Below are positions 1 through 14,173 of a stretch of DNA of 64,000 nucleotides, piece after piece; position 1 is the first letter of the stretch, and each line of letters starts with the position of its first letter. The stretch comes from Candidatus Lustribacter sp. (GTDB taxonomy: Bacteria; Vulcanimicrobiota; Vulcanimicrobiia; Vulcanimicrobiales; Vulcanimicrobiaceae), in the NCBI GenBank assembly GCA_965277805.1, contig OZ255842.1, forward strand, positions 4,928,001 to 4,992,000, written 5' to 3'. The translations under genes were made by a program, and so were the position numbers. A model generated the notes under the pieces. That model was given only the letters and a program-made list of their open reading frames with translations, did no database searches and had not been told where the DNA came from.

Positions 1-2600
<2,600 letters not shown>

Positions 2601-2628
2601 GGCGACTGCTTTAGGCTATAGTCTATGC

Positions 2629-4704
2629 GTGCTCGCGATCGTAGGTATCGTCGTCGCGCTGGTAGCGATCGTTGCGATCGCGGCTGTTGCCGCGGTCGCA
2701 ATTCACCGGCTCACAGAACAGCGAGAGCGGATCCGGCGTGCCGGGCGCCGCTATCGTCAACTGGTTGAGTCTGCGCGCGTCATCATGTGGCGTAGCGCGA
2801 TCAGCGACGTCCGCGCACCGCAATTCACTTATGTGAATCCTGAGGCGGAGACCGTGCTCGGCTATCCGGTCGAGCAGTGGCTCACCGAGCCCGGCTTTTT
2901 CCAGAATCACATCCATCCCGACGACCGCGAAATGTCCATGCAGCGCGGCCGGGCGGCGGTACTGGGTGAGGATCAGGTTTTCGAGCACCGCATGATTGCA
3001 GCCGACGGCCGGAGCGTCTGGCTGCGTGCTTCCTTGCGCCGCGTCTCGGAAGACAACGTTGCGGAGCTGGTGGGCGTGCTCACCGACATCACCGAGCGCA
3101 AGCACGCCGAGGAAGCGGCCGAGGCCGCAAGTCAGGCCAAGAGCGAGTTTCTCGCATCGATGAGCCATGAGATTCGCACCCCGATGAACGGTGTGATCGG
3201 CATGACCGACCTCGTGCTCGAAACCGAACTCACGCACGAACAGCGCGATTATCTTACGACGGTCAAGAGTTCGGCCGAAGCATTGCTCACCGTGATCAAT
3301 GACATCCTCGACTTCTCGAAGATCGAAGCCGGCAAGTTCGAACTCGACCCCATTGCGTTCGACTTACACGAGACGATCGAAGAAACGATGAAGACGCTGG
3401 CGTATCGCGCGCACGAAAAAGGCCTCGAGCTGGTGTGCGACATCCAGCCCCAGGTACCGATCGCGGCCGTCGGCGATCCGGGCCGCATCCGCCAAGTGAT
3501 CGTGAACCTGATCGGCAACGCGATCAAGTTCACCGATCGCGGTGAAGTCGCGCTGGAAGTATCGCTCGACGAGGGCAACGAGCACGAGTGGATCGTACAC
3601 TTCGTCGTGCGCGATACGGGCATCGGCATCGCGCCGGAAAAGCAAAAGCAGATTTTCGAGGCGTTCTCGCAAGCTGACAATTCGACGACGCGCCGTTTTG
3701 GCGGAACGGGCCTGGGTCTCACGATTTCGGCGCGCTTGGCCGAAGCGATGCGCGGGCGGATTTGGGTCGAGAGCGAACTCGGCAAGGGGAGCGCGTTCCA
3801 CTTCACAACGGCGCTCGGCGTGGCCGATCATGTGGAGCGGGTTGAGATCGACGACGCTTCGCTCGCCGGCATCCCCACGCTGATCGTCGACGACAATGCC
3901 ACCAATCGCCGCATTCTCGTTGAGATGCTGGCCGCGTGGGAGATGCAGCCGACAGCGGTTGCCAGCGCGCGCGAGGGGCTCGATCTGATGCGCAGCGCGG
4001 TGCGGCGCGGACAGCCGTTCGCGCTCGTGATCACCGACATTCACATGCCCGAGATGGACGGCTTCGCTTTTGCCGAGCGCATCCGGCTCACGCCGGAGTT
4101 CGCCGATACGATCGTCATGATGCTCACCTCCGGCGAAAAGCACGGCGACCTCGAACGATGCCGCGCCTTCGGCATCGGAGTCCACCTCATGAAGCCCGTA
4201 CGGCGCAGCGAATTGCGCGCCGCCGTGGTGGGTTCGCTCGTCGACCACGTTCCCGCGCGGAACGTGGCGCGCCCGACACGTGAAACAACACCCGTCGTGA
4301 TTGCACCACTCGGCCCGCCGGCGCGGATCTTACTTGCCGAAGATCACGAAGTGAATCAGCGCCTCGCGGTGCGCATTTTGGAGAAGGGCGGGCATGCGGT
4401 CGTCGCAACGGCGGTGACGGGTATCGAGGCGGTCGACGCCTGGCGCTCCGATACGTTCGATGTGATCCTGATGGACGTGCAAATGCCGGAGATGGACGGC
4501 TTCGAGGCGACGATGAAGATTCGCGAAGAGGAAGGGCCGACGGGGCGGCACGTGCACATCATCGCGATGACGGCGCATGCCATGACCGGCGATCGCGAAC
4601 GCTGCATCGCGGCCGGTATGGACGCCTACATTGCCAAACCGATTCGCGCGACCGACTTGCTCGAGCTCGTTCGAGCTGCGATGATGAAGCCGGTCGCGCC
4701 TTAG
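2629..4704 (+). CDS. Hybrid sensor histidine kinase (TM-PAS-HisKA-HATPase-REC-REC)
   Basis: [16 protein letters not shown]-box, GGTGLGL G2 box and two receiver domains (DIHMP, DVQMP). GTG at 2629 chosen to avoid overlap with clpB. Confidence 0.92.
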   Translation: MLAIVGIVVALVAIVAIAAVAAVAIHRLTEQRERIRRAGRRYRQLVESARVIMWRSAISDVRAPQFTYVNPEAETVLGYPVEQWLTEPGFFQNHIHPDDREMSMQRGRAAVLGEDQVFEHRMIAADGRSVWLRASLRRVSEDNVAELVGVLTDITERKHAEEAAEAASQAKSEFLASMSHEIRTPMNGVIGMTDLVLETELTHEQRDYLTTVKSSAEALLTVINDILDFSKIEAGKFELDPIAFDLHETIEETMKTLAYRAHEKGLELVCDIQPQVPIAAVGDPGRIRQVIVNLIGNAIKFTDRGEVALEVSLDEGNEHEWIVHFVVRDTGIGIAPEKQKQIFEAFSQADNSTTRRFGGTGLGLTISARLAEAMRGRIWVESELGKGSAFHFTTALGVADHVERVEIDDASLAGIPTLIVDDNATNRRILVEMLAAWEMQPTAVASAREGLDLMRSAVRRGQPFALVITDIHMPEMDGFAFAERIRLTPEFADTIVMMLTSGEKHGDLERCRAFGIGVHLMKPVRRSELRAAVVGSLVDHVPARNVARPTRETTPVVIAPLGPPARILLAEDHEVNQRLAVRILEKGGHAVVATAVTGIEAVDAWRSDTFDVILMDVQMPEMDGFEATMKIREEEGPTGRHVHIIAMTAHAMTGDRERCIAAGMDAYIAKPIRATDLLELVRAAMMKPVAP

Positions 4705-4707
4705 CTT

Positions 4708-6534
<1,827 letters not shown>

Positions 6535-6581
6535 AACGCCCTATTGTACCATTTTCCGAGCCGTGCCGGAAGTGACGCCCT

Positions 6582-7310
6582 CTATTTACCGAATCGGCGC
6601 TGCCGTTGCGCGTACGATGAGAGCGCGCCGCTGAAGGCGCGAGCGTCAAATTGCGGCCACGGGACCGTGGTGGACCAGAGTTCCGTATACGCGCACTGAT
6701 ACAGAAGGAAATTTGACAGACGTAAGTCGCCGCCGGTGCGGATCATGAGGTCGGGATCGGGCAGGCCCGCGGTCCACAATCGGGCCGCGATCGCGTCTTC
6801 ATCGATCGCATCGGGCTCGAGGCGTCCCGCGGCAACCTCTTCGGCAAGCATCCGGACGGCCGAGGCGAGCTCGGTCCGGGCACCGTAGTCGACCGCCAAA
6901 TTGAGGGTCATGCCGCTACCGCCGGCCGTGCGGGCCTCGAGCATCGCAAATGCTTCACGCAGCGCAACGGGCAAACGGTCGCGCCGGCCGATCAGGCGCA
7001 CGCGCACGCCTTCGCGCGCAAACGCGTCGGCTTCGCGCCGCGCGAACGTTGCGCCGAGGTCCATCAGCGTGCCCACTTCGGCCGCACTGCGGCCCCAGTT
7101 TTCTTCCGAGAACGCGTAGACCGTGAGCACTTCGATGCCGGCTTTAGCCGCGGCGATCACGATGCGCCGCAGCGTCAGCATGCCGCGACGATGGCCTTCG
7201 ATTTGCGGAAGTCCGTTAGCGGCGGCCCAGCGGCGATTGCCGTCCATGATGACGGCAACGTGGCGCGGCGTCGTTGCGAGCGCGGGTACGGCCTCGACGC
7301 GTTCGATCAT
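6582..7310 (-). CDS. uppS: cis-prenyltransferase (UppS family)
   Basis: HVAVIMDGNRRWA, YAFSEENW, IRTGGDLRLSNFLLYQ. May be a secondary paralog. Confidence 0.9.
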   Translation of the reverse strand: MIERVEAVPALATTPRHVAVIMDGNRRWAAANGLPQIEGHRRGMLTLRRIVIAAAKAGIEVLTVYAFSEENWGRSAAEVGTLMDLGATFARREADAFAREGVRVRLIGRRDRLPVALREAFAMLEARTAGGSGMTLNLAVDYGARTELASAVRMLAEEVAAGRLEPDAIDEDAIAARLWTAGLPDPDLMIRTGGDLRLSNFLLYQCAYTELWSTTVPWPQFDARAFSGALSSYAQRQRRFGK

Positions 7311-7675
7311 GATTGCGCCGCCCATCCATCGGTGACCGGCGAGATATCGGCCGAACGTTCGTGCACGTCGCGCACGACCGACTCCAACTCATCGATGTAG
7401 GCGAGAAAACGGCGCCGTCCGTCGGCGGTGATGCGCACGGTCGTGGCGGGGCGGCCACGGCCCGTAACGCGTTCCATTTCCACCACGCCCACTTCGGCTA
7501 GCGCGTGCAGATGGCGGTTCAGATTGCCGTCGGTCAACGCGCACGCTTCCTGCAGTTCGGTGAAACGCATACCGGCCGGATTTGCAACCAGGCATGTACA
7601 AACGGCGAGGCGGCCGCGCTCGTGAAAGATGCGCTCGAGGCCCGAGTAAGCGAAGGGTGCGTCGCCGCCGTTCAT
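7307..7675 (-). CDS. Winged-helix transcriptional regulator (MarR/ArsR-like, HTH_34)
   Basis: FHERGRL...FTELQEACALTDGNLNRHLHAL...TTVRITADGRRRF. ATGA overlaps with both neighbours. Confidence 0.85.
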   Translation of the reverse strand: MNGGDAPFAYSGLERIFHERGRLAVCTCLVANPAGMRFTELQEACALTDGNLNRHLHALAEVGVVEMERVTGRGRPATTVRITADGRRRFLAYIDELESVVRDVHERSADISPVTDGWAAQS

Positions 7676-8277
7676 CGTTCCATCTCCACGGCGGCGCGCG
7701 AAACCAGCACGCCGATGATGATCTGTCCGATGCCGAACGTCGCCGGCATGACCCACCATGCGAGCGCGTTGCTGCCGGGTGCGAATAAGAGGGCGGCGCC
7801 GCTGGCCGCAAAGAGCGCCGCGATCCAACCGATGCCGGGCGGCGCCATGGCGCGCGATGCGATCAAGCCGAGGGCATAACACAAGCACCACATGCCCGGC
7901 AAGAGCCCGAGTTCACCACGTGTGATGAACACCGCGGTGAAGAGTCCGCCCGCCACGATCGACGGCAGAATCGTCATCCCAACCGTCTTCAGCTCGACGC
8001 GCGAGCGAACCGACCAGTGCCGAGCGAGCCACAGCACGATCGCGCCGTAGTTCACCGCGAGCGAACAAACGAGACACGCAATCCAGATCGTCAGATAGCG
8101 GGTATCATCAGCCTGGCTGACCGGGGTCGCGGTGCTGGACGCCTGGATTAGGCCGGCCCCGATCGCGGCGACCCCGCTCGCGAAGGCGGCGCCGCCGGAG
8201 AGTCCGCGGAAGCGCTGCACGGCCGCGAGGCGCGTGCGGACCTCCTCGAGGTCGGCGATGGCGCGGGAAACTTCCAT
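7672..8277 (-). CDS. Integral membrane protein (about 6 TM)
   Basis: MEVSRAIADLEEVR start followed by several hydrophobic helices; translationally coupled to the regulator. Confidence 0.8.
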   Translation of the reverse strand: MEVSRAIADLEEVRTRLAAVQRFRGLSGGAAFASGVAAIGAGLIQASSTATPVSQADDTRYLTIWIACLVCSLAVNYGAIVLWLARHWSVRSRVELKTVGMTILPSIVAGGLFTAVFITRGELGLLPGMWCLCYALGLIASRAMAPPGIGWIAALFAASGAALLFAPGSNALAWWVMPATFGIGQIIIGVLVSRAAVEMER

Positions 8278-8283
8278 TCCTTG

Positions 8284-8298
8284 CTTTGTAACACAAAG
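8284..8298. promoter_or_regulatory. Palindromic operator CTTTGT-AAC-ACAAAG
   Basis: AT-rich perfect inverted repeat 6 nt upstream of the membrane protein/regulator/uppS operon. Confidence 0.6.
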
Positions 8299-8355
8299 TG
8301 AACCCCGTCGCAAGGGCAGCATGATACGTATCGCCCCGCTTGAAATGCTCGGCGG

Positions 8356-9099
8356 ATGAACGGAGTGTTGCTCGTTACCGGAGGCAGCCGGGGCATTGGT
8401 GCTGCCGTGGCGACCCTGGCGGCCCAGCGCGGCTTCGACGTGGCCGTGAACTATCGTGAGGACGAGCGCGCGGCGTCGGCCATCGTTGAGGCGGTCCGGT
8501 CGAGCGGGGTGCGGGCGCTTGCCCTCAAGGGTGACGTCTCGGTCGAGGCCGACGTCGTGCGGATGTTTGAGGCGGTCGACACGTTCGGACCCCTCAAGGC
8601 CTTAATCAACAACGCCGGCGTCACCGGTGGCTTCTCGCGCGTGGCCGACCTCAAGGGGCCGGCGCTCGAGCGTACCTTCGCGGTCAACGTCGTCGGCGCG
8701 ATGCTGTGCGCCCGCGAAGCGGTGCGTCGGCTCTCTACCGTTTGGGGCGGCGACGGGGGTTCGATCGTCAACGTGTCGTCGCTCGCCGCGAAGCTCGGCG
8801 GCGGTGGCGAGTGGGTGCACTACGCGGCGTCCAAAGGCGCGATCAACACGATCACGGTCGGCCTCGCGCGCGAGGTGGCGGCCGAGGGCGTACGCGTGAA
8901 CGCCGTCGCGGCCGGCATCGTCGACACCGAGATGCACCTGGCAGCCGGCGACCCGCACCGCGCGAAACGGACCGGCGCAACCGTACCGATCGGCCGTGCG
9001 GCGACCCCGCTCGAAATCGCCGAGGCGATCCTGTGGCTCACCTCGCCCGCCGCATCCTACATTACGGGGACGATCCTCGAAGCTGGAGGCGGCCGTTGA
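8356..9099 (+). CDS. SDR family oxidoreductase
   Basis: TGGSRGIG, NNAG, YAASK motifs. Confidence 0.95.
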   Translation: MNGVLLVTGGSRGIGAAVATLAAQRGFDVAVNYREDERAASAIVEAVRSSGVRALALKGDVSVEADVVRMFEAVDTFGPLKALINNAGVTGGFSRVADLKGPALERTFAVNVVGAMLCAREAVRRLSTVWGGDGGSIVNVSSLAAKLGGGGEWVHYAASKGAINTITVGLAREVAAEGVRVNAVAAGIVDTEMHLAAGDPHRAKRTGATVPIGRAATPLEIAEAILWLTSPAASYITGTILEAGGGR

Positions 9100-9109
9100 G
9101 CCTACGTTG

Positions 9110-9701
9110 ATGGCTCTTTATCTGTGGCCGACGTGTGTCATCATCGTCGTCGAAGTTTTGGTCGAAAAACACAACGACGTGACGGGCTTCGTGCTGGCGA
9201 TCGTCGGCGTGATCGCTTGAGTAAAACCTTCCGCGAGCCCGAACAAAAGGCGCTGCGCGACGAGCTGATTCATTACGCGCAACTCGTGCGCGATCAGGAG
9301 TGGCCCGCGATTCAAAATGGCGCCGAGTCAGAGGCAGCGGACGAAAGCGCGCACCGGATCAGCGATCTCGCCGTGCGGATGATCAATAGCGATTCGCGCA
9401 ATCACTCGCCGTCGAGGAATCGGTCATGGGCCTCGCGCGCGAGTTTCAGGATGCCCGGCGTACGCGCCTGAACGAGAACGACGAAGGCATCCCGCGGTCG
9501 CTGTGGACGGGGCTCATTCTCGGCGCGATCTGCACCATCGCGTTCACCTCCCTTTTTGGCGTCGAGAACTTCCGCATGCAGCTCGTGATGACGGCGCTGC
9601 TCGCTACGCTGGTCGCGCTGATGCTCTCGATGATCGTCGCGCTGGATTATCCGTATCGCGGCGCAACGAGCATTTCACCGGCGATTTGGAAACTGCCCTG
9701 A
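9110..9701 (+). pseudogene. Fragmented DUF4239/bestrophin-like membrane protein
   Basis: Three pieces separated by stop/frameshifts (HNDVTGFVLAIVGVI*; YAQLVRDQEWPAIQ; RRTRL...LDYPYRG) that match one family architecture. Confidence 0.65.
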
Positions 9702-9761
9702 GCTCCCGGAATTTTCTCCGCTAGGCGGGAGCCGGACGCCGCGGCTTTCAATAGCTTCCGC

Positions 9762-10079
9762 ATGATCGTTGAAGAACGCACCTACACGGCCCTGCCCGGC
9801 AAGGCCAAAGAGTGGCTCGACTATTACGAAAAGAACGGCTTTCCGGTGCAGCAAAAGCATCTTGGCCGCTGCATCGGTTTCTTCACTACCGAACTCGGCA
9901 CGCTCAATCAGATCGTGCACCTGTGGGTTTACGATAGTCTTGCGCACCGTGAAAGCGCTCGCGCGAAAATGGGACAAGATCCGGACTGGCATAAGTTCGT
10001 CGCCGGCTCGCCCTCGCATCTCCTCTTGAACCAAGAAACGCGGATCCTCAACCCGACATCGTTCTCACCGTTGAAGTAA
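9762..10079 (+). CDS. NIPSNAP family protein
   Basis: EERTY...GFFTTELGTLNQIVHLWVYDSLAHRE...PTSFSPLK. Confidence 0.93.
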   Translation: MIVEERTYTALPGKAKEWLDYYEKNGFPVQQKHLGRCIGFFTTELGTLNQIVHLWVYDSLAHRESARAKMGQDPDWHKFVAGSPSHLLLNQETRILNPTSFSPLK

Positions 10080-10083
10080 CGGC

Positions 10084-10725
10084 GTGACATCGAAGGTACG
10101 GGTTAGCTTGAGCATTTCCGTCGACGGATTCGGCGCGGGACCCAATCAGGATATCGACAACCCGATCGGCACCGGCGGCTTGGCCTTGCACGAATGGGCG
10201 TTCGCAACGCGGACGTTCCGCACGATGCACGGTCAGGACGGCGGATCGACGGGCGTCGACGATGAGCTTGCCAAACGCGATTTCACCAACGTCGGCGCGT
10301 GGATCTTGGGGCGTAACATGTTCGGCCCGATTCGCGGTCCGTGGATCGACGATGCGTGGAAAGGCTGGTGGGGCGATACGCCGCCGTATCACGTGCCGGT
10401 CTTCGTGCTCACGCATCACCCGCGCCAACCGATCGTCATGCAGGGCGGCACCACGTTCCACTTCGTGAGCGAAGGCATCGAGGTCGCGTTGGAACGCGCG
10501 CGCGAAGCCGCGGGTGGCCGGGACGTGCGGGTCGGCGGCGGCGTTTTCACCATCCGGCAATATCTCCAGGCGAACGCCATCGACCAAATGCATCTGATCG
10601 TTTCGCCCGTGCTGCTCGGGGCCGGCGAAGCGCTCTTCCCCGGCATCGACACGGCGAAGCTCGGGTTCCGCTGCACCGAGCACGTGCCGTTACCGAACGC
10701 GACCCACTTCGTCTTCACGCGCTAG
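10084..10725 (+). CDS. Dihydrofolate reductase-like (RibD C-terminal) protein
   Basis: SISVDGF, GRNMF, VFVLTH, VGGG, PVLLGAG motifs. Confidence 0.9.
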   Translation: MTSKVRVSLSISVDGFGAGPNQDIDNPIGTGGLALHEWAFATRTFRTMHGQDGGSTGVDDELAKRDFTNVGAWILGRNMFGPIRGPWIDDAWKGWWGDTPPYHVPVFVLTHHPRQPIVMQGGTTFHFVSEGIEVALERAREAAGGRDVRVGGGVFTIRQYLQANAIDQMHLIVSPVLLGAGEALFPGIDTAKLGFRCTEHVPLPNATHFVFTR

Positions 10726-10740
10726 CGACTGGAGTCCGAC

Positions 10741-11685
10741 ATGATCCATCGTATCCGGTGCGACGCGATCTTCTTGATCGGCGCCTTGCTCGTGGGTTCG
10801 ACCGGCGCCGCCGGCTTGGCGGACACGCCGCTCCAGACGATTCGCGTGGCGACGGTTCCGGTGGATGCCGGCGCCGAGGTGTACTACGCCCAGAAGATGG
10901 GCTTCTTCAAGGCCAACGGTCTAGACGTCGAGATCACCGGACTCTCGAATGGCGCGGCCGTCACGGCCGCGGTGATCGGCGGTGCGGCGGACATCGGTCA
11001 ATCGAATGCGGTCTCGATCGCGCAGGCGCACGAGCGCGGGATCCCCGTCGTGATCATCGCGGGTGCGAACCGCTACACGATCCCGGCTGATGAGTCCGGG
11101 CTTGCCGTTCCGCCCGACTCACCGATTCACACGGCGAAAGATCTCACCGGCAAGACGATCGCGATCAGCGGTCTGCGCGGCATCACCGAGATCGGCACGC
11201 GCAATTGGCTCGACAAGAACGGCGGTGATTCGAACTCGGTGAAGTTGCTCGACATGCCGTTCCCGGCAATGGCCGACGCGCTCGTACAACACCGCGTCGA
11301 CGCTGCGCTCATCACGCAGCCGTTTTTGGAAGCCGCGCTCGATCAGAAAAAGATCCGCGTGGTTGCCGACGTCTACGCCGCGATCGCGCCTGACTTTTTG
11401 CTCGGCGGGTGGATTGCGATGACGCCGTGGGTGCAAGCCCACCCGGCCCTCGCCGCGGCCTTCGCCAAGACGATGTATCAAACCGCGAAGTGGGCCAACA
11501 CCCACCAAGCCGAATCGGCCGCGATCCTCGAGGACGCGGCGAAGGTGCACATCGACCGCACCGACCACCGCGTTCCTTACGCCGAGAAGATGGTCCCGAC
11601 CGACCTGCAAAAGCTGATCGACGTCTGCGCGAAATACGGCCTGCTCAAAGCAACGTTCCCCGCGATCGACCTCATCCAGCCATAA
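10741..11685 (+). CDS. ABC substrate-binding protein, SsuA/NMT1 family
   Basis: Signal peptide; GFFKANGLDVEI, DLTGKTIA motifs. Confidence 0.88.
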   Translation: MIHRIRCDAIFLIGALLVGSTGAAGLADTPLQTIRVATVPVDAGAEVYYAQKMGFFKANGLDVEITGLSNGAAVTAAVIGGAADIGQSNAVSIAQAHERGIPVVIIAGANRYTIPADESGLAVPPDSPIHTAKDLTGKTIAISGLRGITEIGTRNWLDKNGGDSNSVKLLDMPFPAMADALVQHRVDAALITQPFLEAALDQKKIRVVADVYAAIAPDFLLGGWIAMTPWVQAHPALAAAFAKTMYQTAKWANTHQAESAAILEDAAKVHIDRTDHRVPYAEKMVPTDLQKLIDVCAKYGLLKATFPAIDLIQP

Positions 11686-11743
11686 CCGTCTGGCGGTAGT
11701 GGGCCTGGTTACGAATCGGGCATTTTGGGGCAAGGACCAGAGG

Positions 11744-12037
11744 ATGAAACGTATTTTGGCTAGCCTTGCGACGCTCGCGTTCCTCGCGGTGTCGGTTCCC
11801 GCCCTCGCGCAGGACCGGGATAACCACGACCATGGCGGTCCGGCCATGGAGCATCACGATCAGTCGATGCAGCATGGCGGACCAGCGATGCAGCATCGCT
11901 ACGCACCGCCTCCGCGCCGGCACGTATATCGTGAAGGCCAGGTCTACAACGGCCATCACCTCACGAATCGCGGCGGCCATTGGGGATACTACCAGCCGCG
12001 GAACGGCGTGAACGTTTTCATCAACATCCCGCTCTGA
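11744..12037 (+). CDS. Small secreted His/Gly-rich protein
   Basis: GAGG RBS, signal peptide MKRILASLATLAFLAVSVPALA, internal HGGPAM repeat. Confidence 0.75.
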   Translation: MKRILASLATLAFLAVSVPALAQDRDNHDHGGPAMEHHDQSMQHGGPAMQHRYAPPPRRHVYREGQVYNGHHLTNRGGHWGYYQPRNGVNVFINIPL

Positions 12038-12126
12038 TTCGGCCAATACGGCCGCTGCGGCATTAGAATTGGGCTCGACTTTGCTCTAAAACGATAGACG
12101 TCGTTTGGAGTGGACACAAGTCGCCC

Positions 12127-12438
12127 ATGAAATTATCACGCATCATCCTACCCGCGCTCAGCGGACTTCTCTTCCTGGGCAGCCTCGGCGGAGCGCCGGC
12201 GCCGGCCAAAGCGGACACCACGTCAACCGCTCTGATTGCTGTCGGCGCTGCCGCCATCGTCGGCGCACTACTCTATGACGGAAACAACCGTCCGTACTAT
12301 GTGCGCGACAACCGTCGCTACTACGTTACGCAAGACGAAGCTCGCTACTATCGTGGACACCACCACATGTACCAACGGCAGGCTTGGGTCCCGGAACGTG
12401 AGTACCCGGTTCAGCGCGACCCCTACTACCGCCACTAA
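12127..12438 (+). CDS. Small secreted Tyr/Arg-rich protein
   Basis: Signal peptide ending APAKA, then a hydrophobic segment; followed by a terminator. Confidence 0.75.
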   Translation: MKLSRIILPALSGLLFLGSLGGAPAPAKADTTSTALIAVGAAAIVGALLYDGNNRPYYVRDNRRYYVTQDEARYYRGHHHMYQRQAWVPEREYPVQRDPYYRH

Positions 12439-12451
12439 CGGTCTGTGAACG

Positions 12452-12493
12452 AATCCGCGTCTAGCGAGTCAGTCGCTCGGCGCGGATTTTTTT
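12452..12493 (+). terminator. Intrinsic terminator
   Basis: AATCCGCG...CGCGGATT stem followed by a T run. Confidence 0.75.
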
Positions 12494-12688
12494 CTAGCGG
12501 CGCAGCCAGATGCTTTGTTCAAATGAAATGTGATGGTGAAGCAGGCAACGCTTCACGAGCATTTTTGCCGAAGTGCGGCCGCTGGCCGTACAGCCGCACG
12601 ACCACCTGATACGCCGGTAGCCGACATCGTATTGCTCACTGATCGGTCTTCCGAGTGAGCGGTAGAGCGTCGCCTGCGAGGCTTCCAT
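12494..12688 (-). CDS. Small Cys/His-containing hypothetical protein
   Basis: 64 aa with WSCGC...C..HHH; converges on the terminator. Confidence 0.5.
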   Translation of the reverse strand: MEASQATLYRSLGRPISEQYDVGYRRIRWSCGCTASGRTSAKMLVKRCLLHHHISFEQSIWLRR

Positions 12689-12762
12689 GTCCGGACGATA
12701 GCATCGCGCCCGGTTCGCATGGCAGAGTCATTTGGGTCAGCCGGATTGGGTAAGTCAGGGGT

Positions 12763-13068
12763 ATGGACACTTATTCGTTCGAGCAGCGCGTCGATCAGAT
12801 TACCGAGCAGATCCGGGCCTCCGATCCCGCGATCGCAGCAGAGATCCAGTGCTCGCGTCAGTCTGACAAGGCCGAATGGGAACGCGGCCCGTTTCGGGCC
12901 ACGCTGGTGCTGCACTCCGGCGAGGCGCCTCCGCGACTCTCGCTGCAACTCTACAACGGTGATGACGAACACCCCGCTCCGCTGCAGATTGGGTTCGACG
13001 ATCCGGATGTCGTGAACATGATCGCGGTGCCGGTTGCCGCCCTTTTAGCCGGTCATGGTGAGGGCTGA
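12763..13068 (+). CDS. Hypothetical protein
   Basis: 101 aa acidic ORF with GGGG RBS-like motif. Confidence 0.65.
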   Translation: MDTYSFEQRVDQITEQIRASDPAIAAEIQCSRQSDKAEWERGPFRATLVLHSGEAPPRLSLQLYNGDDEHPAPLQIGFDDPDVVNMIAVPVAALLAGHGEG

Positions 13069-13253
13069 CCGGTCGTCTGAGTCGGGCAGGCCTTCCTGAA
13101 AGTGCGCGCGTTCAAGCGCCTCAGCCGACGGCGTTGTGGCAACCGCGACCGGCTTTGGACGGGGCGTGGCGAACGTCCCGATCGTGCAGACCCACTGTGC
13201 CGATGGCACGGTGGCCGCGAGCAATACTACGGTCCAATTACGTTATTGAGCAT

Positions 13254-13347
13254 GGGAGCGTACGGGTCTGGTGGCCCGCGCAGTCTTCAAAACTGCTGAG
13301 GCCTCCGCAAGGGGGCTGGTAGGTTCGATTCCTACACGCTCCCGCCA
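13254..13347 (+). tRNA. selC: tRNA-Sec (anticodon TCA)
   Basis: 94 nt; 8-bp acceptor stem GGGAGCGT/ACGCTCCC, anticodon arm GCAGT-CTTCAAA-ACTGC, long variable arm, GGTTCGATTCC T arm, encoded GCCA end. Confidence 0.95.
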
Positions 13348-13350
13348 GAA

Positions 13351-14100
13351 TTAGGCACTGACTCGGAACAACTCGGAACGAATGCCGCTTTCAGCCCTTG
13401 TTTTCGCCGACAGCACGGCCGACTCAACGATCCGTTCTAGCCGGTTAGCAGCACCGTGCGGCATCGCCGGCGATACGTGCGCGTAGGTGTCGGCCGTAAC
13501 GGAGATCGTTGAGTGACCGAGCGCCTGCGAACGGTTTTCAGATTCTCGCCATTCTCCAGAGTTACGAGGCAAACGAATGGCGCAGGTCGGTGCAGGCGCA
13601 CTTTCGGCAGGCCAGCGTCGCGCGCGATCCGCGCAAATGCGAGGCCGAAGGTGTTTGGGTTCCAGGGCTGGCCCTCGCGCTCGAATACGAGTGTATTGCC
13701 GTTGGGTCGGTCAGCGCCGCAGGCTAGGAAACGCTCTCCTTGCGCGATTCGATGCCGCTGGAGACGCGACTACAAAGGGTGGAAGCGCGACCTGCGGCGA
13801 GACTGCTTCGTCTTGGGTTCCTTGAAGCGCAGTTCGTAGCGGACGCGCTTTGCGGTCTTAATCGTAATGCGTTCGAGCGATCGGGCAACGCGGAGCGTCC
13901 CCTTCTCCTAGTCAATGTCCGACCAGCGCAGCGCTAATAACTCGCCCCGCCGGCAACCACTACCGATTGCTGTCGCGATCGCTGCGCCTAGTTCCGTCTT
14001 ATCGAATGTGTCGAGGTACTGCCGGACCTGTTGCGGATCAAGGGACCGCATTTCCCCGCGTTCAGCGCGCGGCGGATCGACAAATTCGCATGGGTTGGGG
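13351..14100 (-). pseudogene. Tyrosine integrase pseudogene
   Basis: GCRRGELLALRWSDID*, KEPKT, RLH/DLRHSFAS and LGHSTISVTADTYAH are spread over several frames. In-frame TAG at 13908-13910; N-terminus missing. Confidence 0.9.
13360..13381 (+). repeat. 22-bp direct repeat GACTCGGAACAACTCGGAACGA (second copy 18302-18323)
   Basis: Exact copies just inside both island ends, each made of tandem ACTCGGAAC units. Confidence 0.85.
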
Positions 14101-14173
14101 CAACTGCGCGTAGGCTAGCCCAAAGCCTCCAGTACCTCAACTGCCATTGGGGCAACGTCGAAGGGCAGGCGCG

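Noticed and set aside
13117-13132. 16-bp match CGCCTCAGCCGACGGC with 50331-50346
   Set aside because: Short and GC-rich with no flanking similarity; plausible by chance.
13102-13322. ORFs overlapping tRNA-Sec
   Set aside because: They overlap a well-formed tRNA and have no protein features.
13908-13910. In-frame TAG in the integrase as programmed readthrough
   Set aside because: Additional frameshifts and the missing N-terminus indicate decay.
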